Shown here one piece after another: positions 18,879 through 28,803 of a stretch of 64,000 nucleotides of DNA (positions within the stretch are counted from its first letter, which is position 1; every line of letters begins with the position of its first letter). The stretch is from positions 4,160,001 through 4,224,000 of the forward strand of contig OZ241863.1 in assembly GCA_965203055.1 (NCBI GenBank). The letters are read 5' to 3'. The notes beneath the pieces were generated by a model. The model worked only from the letters and a program-made list of their open reading frames with translations. It ran no database searches and had not been told where the DNA came from. The position numbers were made by a program, and so were the translations under genes. The stretch comes from Spirochaetia bacterium (GTDB lineage: Bacteria > Spirochaetota > Spirochaetia > SZUA-6 > Bin103).

Positions 18879-21779
18879 TTACTGGCAGACCTCGCACGCC
18901 TCGGCGTCCGCGCACTCCGCCGGGGCCGCGCTGACGGCAACGGCCGCGGCGGTGACCGCTGCCGGCGCCGCCGCGGCAGCGGGCGCGGCGGGCGCGCCGG
19001 CCGCCGGCGCGGGCGTGGCGGCGGGTGCGGGCGCGTGCGCGCCGTTGCTGGCCGTGCCGTTGCCGGCCGCGGCGCGCCGTTGGGTCAGGCCGTAGGCCGC
19101 CCCCAGGGTGGCCTTCTCCACCTGCGACGCGGCCATGGTGCGCAGGTAGTAGGTGGTCTTCAGACCGAGCTTCCAGGCAGCCTGGTAGATGTCGCTCAGC
19201 AGGCGGCCCGAGGTGCCCTGCATGAACACGTTGAGGGACTGGCTCTGGTCCAGCCACTTGCCGCGCGCGGCCGCCAGCCGGAGGTACTGGAACGGGTCGA
19301 TCTCGAACGCCACCTTGTACTTGCGCCGCAGGTGCCCGGGCAGCAGCGCCATCCGCTGCAGGCTGCCGTCGTGATACTTCAACTCGTCGGCCAGCTCCCG
19401 GCTCCATAGCCCGGCGGCCCGCAGGTCGGCCACCAGATAGGGGTTGATCACCGTAAACTCGCCGCTGATGTTGCTCTTCACGTAGATGTTCTTGTAGGGC
19501 GGCTCGAAGCTCGGAAAGCACCCGGCGATATTGGAGATGGTCGCCGTCGGGGCGATGGCCATGGTGTTGGAGTTGCGCATGCCGTGGCGGGCGACGTGGG
19601 CGCGCACCGGCTCCCAGTCGAGCGCCCCGCCCTGCTCCACTTCCAGCGCCATGCCGCGCTCCTCCTCCAGCAGCTTCAAGGTGTCGTGCGGCAGCAGGCC
19701 GCGCTCCCACTTGGAGCCGGCGTAGCTGGCGTAGGCCCCGCGCTCGGCGGCAAGCTGCGACGACGCCAGAATCGCGTGATAGGAGATCAGTTCCATGACG
19801 CGGTCGACGGTGGTGAGGGCCGCCGGGTCCTCGAACGCCAGGTCGAGCTTGAACAGGGCGTCCTGCAGTCCCATGATCCCCAACCCCACCGGGCGATGGC
19901 GCAGGTTGGAGCGCTTCGCTTCCTCCGTCGGGTAGAAGTTGATGTCCACCACGTTGTCCAGCATGCGCATCGCCGCGCCGACCGTGTCGGCCAGCAGCTC
20001 GCGGTCGATGCCCGCGGCGCCGACGTGCTTCTCCAGGTTGATCGAGCCCAGGTTGCACACCGCGGTCTCCTCGGCCGAGGTGTTGAGCGTGATCTCGGTG
20101 CACAGATTGGAGCTGTGCACCACGCCGGCGTGATCCTGCGGACTGCGAATGTTGCACGGGTCCTTGAAGGTGATCCAGGGATGCCCGGTCTCGAACAGCA
20201 TGCTGAGCATCTTGCGCCACAGCTTGGCCGCCGGCAGGGTGCGGTGCCGCTTCAGCTTGCCGGCCCCGGCCAGCGCCTCGTAGTGGCAGTAGCGCTCCTC
20301 GAAGCGGCGCCCGTAGAGGCGGTGCAGATCGGGCGTCTCATCCGGCGAGAACAGCGTCCAGTCCTGCCCCGCCAGCACCCGCTTCATGAACAGATCCGGA
20401 ATCCAGTTGGCGGTGTTCATGTCGTGGGTGCGGCGCCGCTCGTCGCCGGTGTTGCGGCGCAGGTCGAGGAAGTCTTCGATGTCCAGGTGCCACGACTCCA
20501 GGTAGGCGCAGGTGGCGCCGCGGCGCTTGCCGCTGCGGTTGATGGCCAGGGTGACGTCGCTGGCGATCTTCAGGAACGGCACCACGCCCTGGCTCTCCAC
20601 GCCGGTGCTGTGGATGGTCGCCCCGGTGGCGCGGATGTTGCTCCAGTCGTTGCCGAGGCCGCCCGACCACTTGGAGAGCTGGGCGTTGTCGCTCAACGCC
20701 TTGAAGATGCTGGTGAGGTCGTCGTCGATGGTGGTCAGGTAGCAGGAGCTGAGTTGCGGGCGGCGGGTGCCGGCGTGAAACAGGGTCGGGGTGGAGGGCA
20801 CGAAGCGCAGGCTGGAGATCAGCTCGTAGAAGCGGATCGCCTGCGCGTCGCGCTGCTCCTCGGCCAGCGCCACCCCCATGGCCACGCGCATCCAGAACGC
20901 CTGCGGCGCTTCCACCACCGCGCCGTCGACGCGGGTGAAGTAGCGTTCGTGGAGCGTCTGCACGCCCATGTAGAGCAGCAGGTCGTCCCGCTCCGGGCGC
21001 AGCGCGGCGGCCAGCCGGTCCAGGTCGAACTCCAGCAGGCGGGGATCGAAGGCGCCGCCCTCCACGCCGCGCCGCAGGCCGTCGCGGAACGCCTGGCGGT
21101 AGTCGGCGTCGAGGCGGTCCCGGTGCAGGGGGGCGCCCATCACCTCCTTGTAGATGCGCTGCAGGAACAGGCGCGCGGCAAGCTGGCTGTACGCCGGGTC
21201 GCGCTCGATGAACGAGGCGCAGGCCAACAGCAGCGCCTTCTCGATTTCGGTCGTCGAGATGCCGTCGTAGATGTTGCGGATCGTCTCGCGCGCCACCTCG
21301 TCCACCGCCACCGCCGCGCTCAGACTGCGGCCGCCGGCGCCGCGCTCGCCCGCCGCGGCGCGCTGGATGCTGCGGGTGAGCTTGGCGATGTCGAACAGCA
21401 CCTTGCGCCCGGCGCGCGTCTCGACGGTGAGCCGCCCGAGCAGGGACTGGCGCGCAACCCGCTCCTTGCGCTGCTCGCGCGCCTGCTGGCGCTCGGCGCG
21501 GTACAGGATGTACGCCTTCGCTATCTCGTACAGGCCGTTCTTGACCAGGTGCTTCTCGACGATGTCCTGGATGTTCTCGACGTTGGGGTAGAGCTCGATG
21601 AAGCGGCTGTCGATCTCGCCGATCACGTCCGCCACCACCGTGCTCAGGGTGCCGTTCTCGAGCGCGGCCCACTGGTCGCGCGGCGCGGTGGCGCGGATCG
21701 CCTTCGAAATCGCTACGCGAATGCGCTCGCGGTCGAAGTCGACCACTTCGCCGGTCCGCTTGATGACCATCAGGCTCAT
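18879..21779 (-). CDS. nrdA: Ribonucleotide reductase alpha subunit with two ATP-cone-like domains
   Basis: VIKRTG ATP cone, TPTLFHAG, LSSCY, SSNLCTEI, LKTTYYLR, C-terminal CEVCQ. Confidence 0.95.
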   Translation of the reverse strand: MSLMVIKRTGEVVDFDRERIRVAISKAIRATAPRDQWAALENGTLSTVVADVIGEIDSRFIELYPNVENIQDIVEKHLVKNGLYEIAKAYILYRAERQQAREQRKERVARQSLLGRLTVETRAGRKVLFDIAKLTRSIQRAAAGERGAGGRSLSAAVAVDEVARETIRNIYDGISTTEIEKALLLACASFIERDPAYSQLAARLFLQRIYKEVMGAPLHRDRLDADYRQAFRDGLRRGVEGGAFDPRLLEFDLDRLAAALRPERDDLLLYMGVQTLHERYFTRVDGAVVEAPQAFWMRVAMGVALAEEQRDAQAIRFYELISSLRFVPSTPTLFHAGTRRPQLSSCYLTTIDDDLTSIFKALSDNAQLSKWSGGLGNDWSNIRATGATIHSTGVESQGVVPFLKIASDVTLAINRSGKRRGATCAYLESWHLDIEDFLDLRRNTGDERRRTHDMNTANWIPDLFMKRVLAGQDWTLFSPDETPDLHRLYGRRFEERYCHYEALAGAGKLKRHRTLPAAKLWRKMLSMLFETGHPWITFKDPCNIRSPQDHAGVVHSSNLCTEITLNTSAEETAVCNLGSINLEKHVGAAGIDRELLADTVGAAMRMLDNVVDINFYPTEEAKRSNLRHRPVGLGIMGLQDALFKLDLAFEDPAALTTVDRVMELISYHAILASSQLAAERGAYASYAGSKWERGLLPHDTLKLLEEERGMALEVEQGGALDWEPVRAHVARHGMRNSNTMAIAPTATISNIAGCFPSFEPPYKNIYVKSNISGEFTVINPYLVADLRAAGLWSRELADELKYHDGSLQRMALLPGHLRRKYKVAFEIDPFQYLRLAAARGKWLDQSQSLNVFMQGTSGRLLSDIYQAAWKLGLKTTYYLRTMAASQVEKATLGAAYGLTQRRAAAGNGTASNGAHAPAPAATPAPAAGAPAAPAAAAAPAAVTAAAVAVSAAPAECADAEACEVCQ

Positions 21780-21794
21780 ATGCCCCCCAAATCG

Positions 21795-22031
21795 TCAGTC
21801 AGGCCAGAGTTCGCCCTGGCCGGAAGTCCGCACTTCCTCGTCCAATGTCCGCGTGATCGCCGGCAGGTACTCGCCATTGGCGCGGGCGCGCTCCACGTCC
21901 GCCTCGATCAGCTCGATGAGGCGGCGCGTCATGGTAGTGCCGCGCAGCGCGCACAAGGCGCGGAACTGCTCGCGCAGACTCAACGGCACCTGTCTGAGGT
22001 TGATAGCGCCGAACGAGCGCCTGCCCGCCAT
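21795..22031 (-). CDS. Small ribbon-helix-helix-like protein
   Basis: AINLRQVPLSLREQFRALCALRGTTMTRRLIELIE fits a beta-helix-helix pattern; ends 15 bp before nrdA. Confidence 0.55.
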   Translation of the reverse strand: MAGRRSFGAINLRQVPLSLREQFRALCALRGTTMTRRLIELIEADVERARANGEYLPAITRTLDEEVRTSGQGELWPD

Positions 22032-22196
22032 TGGGCAACCCTCCCCGGATTCCTTCCGCCCGCGGCGCCGGGCCGGAACCGGCCGGCGCCATGCGCGCAG
22101 AATACAACAGTATCATTTGTATCACCGGCAGGCAACCCGGCGGCCGCCGCAGTTTCGGCGCGGTCGGCGCCGGGGCGCGGACGCCGGAGGCGTGGC

Positions 22197-23141
22197 TCAG
22201 GCGGGCGCCTCGGGGGCGCCGGCGATGCGCAGCAGCGGGCCGCGGCGTTCCAGGAACTGCTCCGCCACCAGGGCGCCGACGACGCCCGCCAGACGGTCGC
22301 CGGCGGCCGGCGTTGCGCCGTCCGCCGCGCCGGCCTCCGCGCAGCGGTCGCGCAGTTCGCGGTAGCTGAGGCAGCGCCGTTCGGTGAGCAGCCGAATGAC
22401 CAGCCCGCGAAGCTGGCGGGTAGAACCGGTGAAGGGACTCTGGCGCGTGTAGTGGGCGCTGCGCCGGTTGGGATTGGCGCCGCGCCGGCCCAGCGCGGCG
22501 CCGTAATCCATCAGCGCGTAGTACCAGCGGCGCGGCCGGCGCCGGTCGAGGGTGCGCGCCACCAGGGGCAGCAGGGCGCGGTCCGGGACCTCGGCCGCAG
22601 TCGGGAAGAACTGGTCCAGATAGACGCGCCGGATGTTGGTCTCGATGAACACCGCCGGGCGGTCGAAGGCGAACGCCAGCAGGGCGCCGGCGGTGGCCGG
22701 GCCGATTCCGGGCAGCCGCTGCAGCGCGCCGCGGTCCGCGGGCAGGGCGCCGGCATGATCGCGCATGACGCTCTGCGCGGCGCGCTGCAGCGCCAGGGCG
22801 CGGCGGTTGTAGCCGAGTCCGCTCCACTGCTCCAGCACCGCGCCGAGCGGCGCCCGCGCCAGCGTGGCCGCGTCCGGGAAGCGCGCCAGAAAGCGCGGGT
22901 AGTAGCGCGCCACGCGCGCCACCTGGGTTTGCTGCAACATCACCTCGGAAACCAGAATGGCGAACGGATCGCGGGTCGCGCGCCACGCCAGCGCCCGGGA
23001 GTGGCGCCGGTAGTGCGCGTAGACCCGGGCGCGAAACCGCTCCACCGCGGCCGCGCTCAGCGGCGGCGGCGGGCTCGTGTTGCCGGCGCCGGCGGGGCGC
23101 TGGTATGCTGCGCCCGCCGCCGCTCCCCTGTCAGGTAGCAA
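22197..23141 (-). CDS. MutY-like A/G-specific adenine glycosylase, short form
   Basis: ILVSEVMLQQTQV, WSGLGYNRRA, HhH LPGIGPATA, ETNIRR. The true start is probably inside the ORF, below 23141. Confidence 0.8.
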   Translation of the reverse strand: MLPDRGAAAGAAYQRPAGAGNTSPPPPLSAAAVERFRARVYAHYRRHSRALAWRATRDPFAILVSEVMLQQTQVARVARYYPRFLARFPDAATLARAPLGAVLEQWSGLGYNRRALALQRAAQSVMRDHAGALPADRGALQRLPGIGPATAGALLAFAFDRPAVFIETNIRRVYLDQFFPTAAEVPDRALLPLVARTLDRRRPRRWYYALMDYGAALGRRGANPNRRSAHYTRQSPFTGSTRQLRGLVIRLLTERRCLSYRELRDRCAEAGAADGATPAAGDRLAGVVGALVAEQFLERRGPLLRIAGAPEAPA

Positions 23142-24145
23142 TGGAATCTCGCGAGTTGATCATCGTTGGCGCCGGCCCCGCCGGACTGGCCTGCTCCATC
23201 GCCGCCGCCCGCGCCGGGCTGGATCATGTTGTCTTCGAGAAGGGCACCGTGGTCAACACCATCTACCGCTTCCCAACCGACATGACCTTCTTCTCCACCC
23301 CGCAGAAGCTGGCCATCGGCGGCCTGCCGTTCGCCTGTCCCGACCGCAAGCCGAGCCGCCGCCAGGCGGTCGCCTACTACCGCGCCGTGGCCGACCACTT
23401 CGCGCTGCCGATACGCACCGGCTGCGCGGTGCCGGGCGCGCGCCGCGACGGCGCCGGCTTCGCCGTGACCGTGGAGCGTCGCGGCGCCCGGCATGAGGAG
23501 CGCTGCGCCGCCCTGGTGGTGGCCACCGGCTTCTTCGATACCCCGCGCCGCCTCGGCATCCCCGGCGAGGAGTTGCCCAAGTGCTCCCATTACTTTGCCG
23601 ACGGCCACCCCTACTACGGGCGCGAGGTGGCCGTGGTGGGCGGCGGCAACTCCGCCGTCGAGACCGCGCTGGAGCTGCTCGCCGCCGGCGCCCGGGTGAC
23701 GCTGATTCATCGCGCCCCGGCGTTGCGCCCGGCGGTCAAGTACTGGGTGCGCCCGGAGATCGAGAACCGCATCGCGGACGGCAGCGTCGCCGCCCGCTTC
23801 AGTACCACCGTCGAGCGCGTGGAGCCCGCCGCCATCGTGCTGCGCGGCCCCGGCGGGCGCGAACGGCTGGCCAACGACGCGGTGTTGTTCCAGGTCGGCT
23901 ACCGCCCCACCGACTCCCTGCTGCGCCGGCTCGGGGTCGCCGCCGACCCGCGCAGCGCGGTACCGGAGCACGATCCGGCCACCTTCGAGACTCCGGTTCC
24001 CGGCCTGTTCGTGTGCGGGGCGCTGCTGGCCGGCACCGTGGCCGGCAGCGTGTTCATCGAGCACGGGCGCTATCACGGCGAGCGCATCGTGGAGACCATC
24101 CGCAGCCGGCTGCCGGCGGAGCGCGCCGCGAGTCAGGTCAGTTGA
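23141..24145 (+). CDS. YpdA-family FAD/NADPH disulfide reductase
   Basis: IIVGAGPAGL, IYRFPTDMTFFST, VVGGGNSA, VKYWVRP, VFIEHGRYHG. Confidence 0.82.
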   Translation: MESRELIIVGAGPAGLACSIAAARAGLDHVVFEKGTVVNTIYRFPTDMTFFSTPQKLAIGGLPFACPDRKPSRRQAVAYYRAVADHFALPIRTGCAVPGARRDGAGFAVTVERRGARHEERCAALVVATGFFDTPRRLGIPGEELPKCSHYFADGHPYYGREVAVVGGGNSAVETALELLAAGARVTLIHRAPALRPAVKYWVRPEIENRIADGSVAARFSTTVERVEPAAIVLRGPGGRERLANDAVLFQVGYRPTDSLLRRLGVAADPRSAVPEHDPATFETPVPGLFVCGALLAGTVAGSVFIEHGRYHGERIVETIRSRLPAERAASQVS

Positions 24146-24180
24146 GGTAGGTCAGTCCGGCCGGGTCAGATCGGACGCGG

Positions 24181-25158
24181 TCAGCGGTCCGCGGCGGCCG
24201 GCGCCGCGCCGGTGAGCAGTGCGCCGAGCCGCCGGCGCGCCGCGGGGGTGAGCGGCAGCACGCCGCCGGCCGCGGCGCGGCTGATCTGCTGCGGGGTGCG
24301 CGCCCCGACGATCACGCCGCGTACCGCCGGGTGGCCGGCCGCCCAGGCGATGGCGTACCGTTCGGCGGCGCCGCCGCGGGCGGCGGCATAGTCGCGCAGC
24401 GCGGCCGCCGCCCGCAGGTGCGCGTCGAGCTGCGGCGGGTTGAAGGCCGCGGCGCGGGTGCGCCAGTCGTCGCCCGGCATGCGCCGCCGGCGGCGGGCGT
24501 CGAAGCTCTCGCTGAGGATGCCGGAGGCCAGCGGGCTGTAGGCCAGGGCGGCCACGCCGTGCGCGGCGCAGAACGGCAGCAGCTCCTGTTCCGCGCTGCG
24601 CTGCAGCAGATGGTAGGGCAGTTGCAGCGCGCCCACCGGGCGCGCCCGGTGCAGGCGCGCCAACTTCTCGCGCTGCAGGTTGCAGACCCCGCCGGCGCGT
24701 ACCTTGCCCTGCTCCTGCAGGCGCCCGATCGACTCCCAGGCCGCGTCGAGGTCGCAGTCCGGGCCGGGCCAGTGGATCTGGTAGAGGTCGAGGTAGTCGG
24801 TACCCAACCGCCGCAGGCTGGCTTCGGCCTCGCGCACCACGCTGGCGCCGGTCAGGCGGGGATAGGGGCGCCGGCTGCCGGCGCGCCACAGAAAGCCGCA
24901 CTTGCTGGCCAGCCGCACCTGCCGGCGCAGGCCGTGGGCGCCCAGCGTGCGCCCCACCAGCGCCTCGGCGTGCCCCACGCCGTACACCGGAGCGGTGTCG
25001 ATCCAGTTGATGCCCAGCTCCACCGCGCGCACGATGGTGGCCGCGGAGAGCGCGTCGTCCTGCCGCCCCCAGGCGTAGCGCCAACCGGCGCCGCCCATGG
25101 CCCAGGTGCCCAGACCGAGCCGCGACCAGCCGCGCAGGGAGGTGCCGGCCGCGGCCAA
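24181..25158 (-). CDS. Aldo/keto reductase
   Basis: LGLGTWAMGG, WIDTAPVYG, DLYQIHWP, YSPLASG. The TTG start is inferred. Confidence 0.88.
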   Translation of the reverse strand: MAAAGTSLRGWSRLGLGTWAMGGAGWRYAWGRQDDALSAATIVRAVELGINWIDTAPVYGVGHAEALVGRTLGAHGLRRQVRLASKCGFLWRAGSRRPYPRLTGASVVREAEASLRRLGTDYLDLYQIHWPGPDCDLDAAWESIGRLQEQGKVRAGGVCNLQREKLARLHRARPVGALQLPYHLLQRSAEQELLPFCAAHGVAALAYSPLASGILSESFDARRRRRMPGDDWRTRAAAFNPPQLDAHLRAAAALRDYAAARGGAAERYAIAWAAGHPAVRGVIVGARTPQQISRAAAGGVLPLTPAARRRLGALLTGAAPAAADR

Positions 25159-25166
25159 CGCTTCTT

Positions 25167-27380
25167 TCAGGCGCGGGGCGCGGCCGCTTCGCCGGCGGCG
25201 CGCGCGGCGCGCAGCGCCAGCGCCGAGAAGCGCGGCCGCTCGGCGCCGCGCCGCGCCGCCAGGGCAACGGCCGCCTCGCTGCCCACCAGCACCACCAGGC
25301 GCTTGCCGCGCGTGACCGCGGTGTAGAGCAGGTTGCGCCGCAGCATCACGTAGTGCTGGGTGTGCACCGGTATCACCACCGCCGGAAACTCGCTGCCCTG
25401 CGCGCGGTGAATGGAGATCGCGTAGGCCGGCACCAGGTCGTCGCGGTCGGCGCCGGCGTAGAGCGCGCTGCGGCTGCCGAAGTCGACCTGCACGGTGCCG
25501 GCGTCGCCGTCCACCGCGGTGACGTGGCCAATGTCGCCGTTGAACACCTCCAACTGATAGTTGTTGCGGGTCTGCAGGACCCGGTCGCCGGGCCGCAGCG
25601 CGGCGCCGCCGGCGGCGCCGGGCGGGGCCGGGTTGAGGCGCTCCCGCAGGCGGGCGTTGAGCTGCACGGTGCCCAGGGGGCCGCGGTTCATCGGCGACAG
25701 CACCTGGACGTCGCGCCGCGGATCGAGGCCGAAGCGGCGCGGGATGTGCCTGGTCACCAGCGCTTCGACGGTCTGCGCGATCGGTTCCGGCTCGCCGCGC
25801 GGGATGAAGTAGAAGTCGCCGGCGTCGGGCAGCCGCCGGGGATCGAACGCGCCGCGGTTGATGGCGTGGGCGGCCAGCACGATGTGGCTCGCCGCGGACT
25901 GCCGGAATACCTCGGTCAGCCGGACGGTGGGCAGGCCGGGGACGGCCGCCAGCTCCGCCAGCACGGCGCCCGGCCCCACCGACGGGAGCTGGTCGGCGTC
26001 GCCCACGAACAATACCCGGCAGCCGGCCGGCGTGGCCTCCAGCAGCGCCGCCAGCAGGCGAATGTCCACCATCGAGGCCTCGTCCACCACCAGCAGATCG
26101 GCCGCCACCGGAAACGACCGGTTGCGGGTAAAGGCGCCCTGGCGGGGACTGAACTCCAGCAGCCGGTGGATGGTGCCGGCGGGCATGCCGGTGGATTCTT
26201 CCAGCCGCTTGGCGGCGCGTCCGGTGGGAGCCGCCAGCGCCACGCGGGCGCCGGCGCGGGTGAAGCTGGCCGCGACCCAGCGTACCAGGGTGGTCTTGCC
26301 GGTGCCGGGGCCGCCGGTGAGCACCGCAACCTTGCTGCGCAGCACCGCCTCGGCCGCGGCGCGCTGCGCCGCGGCCAGCACGATGCCGCCGCCGGCCGCG
26401 GTCAGGGCGGCCGCGGGCGCGGCGCCGCCGGCGCCGCGCAGCAGGGCGGCAAGCTGTTCGCCGGCCCGCTGTTCGGCGGCGAACAGCGGCGGCAGATAGC
26501 GCGCGGCGACGCTGCCGCCCTCCGCCCCCGGGAGCTGCTCGCCGATCACCCGGCCATCCTCGCACAGCGCGGTGACGGCCGCCTGCGCCGGCCGCAGATC
26601 GCTGATCCGGAGCAGGTCGGCGGTGCGCCGCTGCAGGGCGGGCTCCGGCAGATACACGTCGCCCTCGCCGGCCGCCGCGCTGAGCTCATGCAGCGCCGCG
26701 GCCTGGGCCCGCTGCGGGGAATCGTCCGCAATGCCGAGCTTGGCGGCGATGCGGTCGGCGGTGCGAAATCCCATGCCGGGAACGTGCGCCGCCACGCGGT
26801 ACGGGTCCTCCTGCAGCACCGCCCGCGCCCGGTCCCCGAACTCACGGTGGATGCGGCGCGCGTGAGCGGCCGAAATACCGTGGGATTGCAGGAACAGCAT
26901 GATGCTGCGCAGCTCCCGCTGCCCGTGCCAGGCGCGCGCCACCCGCGCGGCGCGCGTGGCGCCGATGCCCGGAACCTCGCGCAGGCGGCGGCTGGCGTGG
27001 TCGAGGACCTCGAGGGTGTCGAGGCCGAAGTGGGAGACGATGCGGCGGGCGAACCCCGGGCCGATCCCCGGCACCCACCCCGAACCGAGGTACTGCTCCA
27101 GACCGGCTACCGTGCGCGGCGTGATGGTGGCGTACGACTCCACCTGGAAGCGGCGCCCATACTTGGGGTGCTCGCTCCAGCCGCCCGTAAGGCGCACCGT
27201 CTCCCCGGGCTGCATCCCCAGCAGACTGCCGACGGCGATCACCTCGGCGCTCTCCGGCTGTTCCTGCAGCGCCACCACCGCGTAGCCGCTCTGCTCCTGG
27301 GAGTATACGACCCGCGCCACCACCCCTTCGACGCTGGCCGCCGCCGGCGCGCTCCCGGCGGGCGGGCCGCCGGCGTCCAA
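25167..27380 (-). CDS. recD2: RecD2-type helicase
   Basis: N-terminal HPKYG and HhH motifs, GGPGTGKT, VDEASM, GDADQLPSVGPG, HRAQGSEF, LLYTAVTR. Confidence 0.92.
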   Translation of the reverse strand: MDAGGPPAGSAPAAASVEGVVARVVYSQEQSGYAVVALQEQPESAEVIAVGSLLGMQPGETVRLTGGWSEHPKYGRRFQVESYATITPRTVAGLEQYLGSGWVPGIGPGFARRIVSHFGLDTLEVLDHASRRLREVPGIGATRAARVARAWHGQRELRSIMLFLQSHGISAAHARRIHREFGDRARAVLQEDPYRVAAHVPGMGFRTADRIAAKLGIADDSPQRAQAAALHELSAAAGEGDVYLPEPALQRRTADLLRISDLRPAQAAVTALCEDGRVIGEQLPGAEGGSVAARYLPPLFAAEQRAGEQLAALLRGAGGAAPAAALTAAGGGIVLAAAQRAAAEAVLRSKVAVLTGGPGTGKTTLVRWVAASFTRAGARVALAAPTGRAAKRLEESTGMPAGTIHRLLEFSPRQGAFTRNRSFPVAADLLVVDEASMVDIRLLAALLEATPAGCRVLFVGDADQLPSVGPGAVLAELAAVPGLPTVRLTEVFRQSAASHIVLAAHAINRGAFDPRRLPDAGDFYFIPRGEPEPIAQTVEALVTRHIPRRFGLDPRRDVQVLSPMNRGPLGTVQLNARLRERLNPAPPGAAGGAALRPGDRVLQTRNNYQLEVFNGDIGHVTAVDGDAGTVQVDFGSRSALYAGADRDDLVPAYAISIHRAQGSEFPAVVIPVHTQHYVMLRRNLLYTAVTRGKRLVVLVGSEAAVALAARRGAERPRFSALALRAARAAGEAAAPRA

Positions 27381-27384
27381 GCGG

Positions 27385-28221
27385 CTAGCCGGCCTCGCGC
27401 CGGGCGGTGCTGCCGAGCAGCTCGATCATGAAGGCGCTGAGGTCATGCTCGCCGGCGCGGCGATAGGCGTGATTCAGGTTGCGCAGCATGCGCTGCACGG
27501 TGCGCACCGCGCTGGCGCCGCCGCGCAGCATCTGCAGTTGGCGCTGGCTGAACGAAGTGCGCCCGATCAGCTTCTCCGCTTCCACCACCCGCCCGCGGTC
27601 GAAACAATCGATCAGGACGATGCGGCCGTCATGGATGGCGCGCGCCAGGAAGTTGCGCGGCAGGTTGCACCCTTCGATGTCCAGACCGAGGCGGTGACCC
27701 ACCAGCATGTAGATGGCGGTCAGGCTGATGGGGATGCCGCGCTTGGAGAGGAGTACCGAGATCAGGTTGCTGTTGAGGGGGTTGAAGAAGTCGTCGCGGT
27801 TGCCGCGCAGCCCGTAGTCCTCGAACAGGAACTTGGCCAACCCGAACGCGCTGCGGCGGCGCCGCGCAGCCCCGGCCTCGGCTGCCAGACCATCGAGCAG
27901 TTCACTCAGCGAGAAGGGAAAATCGACCCCCAACTGGAACCGGGCGATGAGGCTCATGGCGGTCTCGATCTGCGCCGTGCGCCCGCCCGCGGTGCCCCAC
28001 CGCGGCCACTGCCGGCGCAGCCAGTTCTTGCGCTGGCGCGCCAGCACGCGCCGCAATGCCCCGTGCTGTTCCGCATTGAGTTCCGCCAAGTGAGGTTGCG
28101 CCAGCCGCTCCAGCTCCGGCCCCAGCTCCTCGAGCGCGTGCATCACCCGCCGCCGGACCCCGGCAGTGTCATCATCAAGAAGCTGGAGCAGGTGGGGAAT
28201 CTGCTCGCGCGTGTCGGCCAC
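27385..28221 (-). CDS. SirB1/transglutaminase-like protein
   Basis: GNRDDFFNPLNS, RGIPISL, CNLPRNFL, RMLRNL. Confidence 0.8.
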   Translation of the reverse strand: MADTREQIPHLLQLLDDDTAGVRRRVMHALEELGPELERLAQPHLAELNAEQHGALRRVLARQRKNWLRRQWPRWGTAGGRTAQIETAMSLIARFQLGVDFPFSLSELLDGLAAEAGAARRRRSAFGLAKFLFEDYGLRGNRDDFFNPLNSNLISVLLSKRGIPISLTAIYMLVGHRLGLDIEGCNLPRNFLARAIHDGRIVLIDCFDRGRVVEAEKLIGRTSFSQRQLQMLRGGASAVRTVQRMLRNLNHAYRRAGEHDLSAFMIELLGSTARREAG

Positions 28222-28303
28222 GACCCGTCAACCTCCGCTCCGCCACCCTACCCCAGGCGGCGCGGCGAATCAATGGCGCGGCTGGCGCGGCCCGCGGCGG
28301 TGG

Positions 28304-28717
28304 TCAGGAGATGAATTCTTCGAGATCCTTTTCGATCTCGGCCTCGGTGAAGCCGATCTTGCGGTCGTAGCGAATGGTCTTGGCTACGCGCCGGTCGCGC
28401 GCGGGGGAGCGCCGGTACGCGCTCGACAGCAGCCCCTTCGCCAGCGCCTCGTCGACCAGCGCCGCGGCCTTGGCGGGGGGCATCAGGTAGCGGTCGCTGA
28501 AGCGGCGCACGGCGCCGGCGCACCAGCGCAGGAACAGGAAGGTGACGGCGCCGGAGACTACGGCGATGACGACGTCCTGAATGCGCACCGCGGCGCTCTT
28601 GCCCTGCCAGCCGATGCCGGCGCCGATCCCGAGCGAGGCCAGTACGGTGGCCGAGAGCAGCCAGGTCGCCCAGTGCCAGCGTTTCCAGTAGCGCTCCAGA
28701 TAAGAGTCCTTCGCCAT
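28304..28717 (-). CDS. Hypothetical membrane protein
   Basis: Two hydrophobic segments; co-oriented with its neighbours. Confidence 0.55.
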   Translation of the reverse strand: MAKDSYLERYWKRWHWATWLLSATVLASLGIGAGIGWQGKSAAVRIQDVVIAVVSGAVTFLFLRWCAGAVRRFSDRYLMPPAKAAALVDEALAKGLLSSAYRRSPARDRRVAKTIRYDRKIGFTEAEIEKDLEEFIS

Positions 28718-28762
28718 CGCGGGTCCGTTGCCAGAATAGCGCGAACGGCGGCCGGCCGTCAC

Positions 28763-28803
28763 GGTCAGGACCGGTCGGTCAGAACCGGTCGGTCAGAACC
28801 GGA
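28763..28803. repeat. 14-bp tandem repeat, about 3 copies
   Basis: ggtcaggaccggtc / ggtcagaaccggtc / ggtcagaaccgga, spanning the stop codon of the TRAP permease. Confidence 0.8.

Noticed and set aside
24181..26565. 794-aa ORF as a fusion protein
   Set aside because: Only the last ~325 aa are an aldo/keto reductase; the rest is an alternative frame over recD2.
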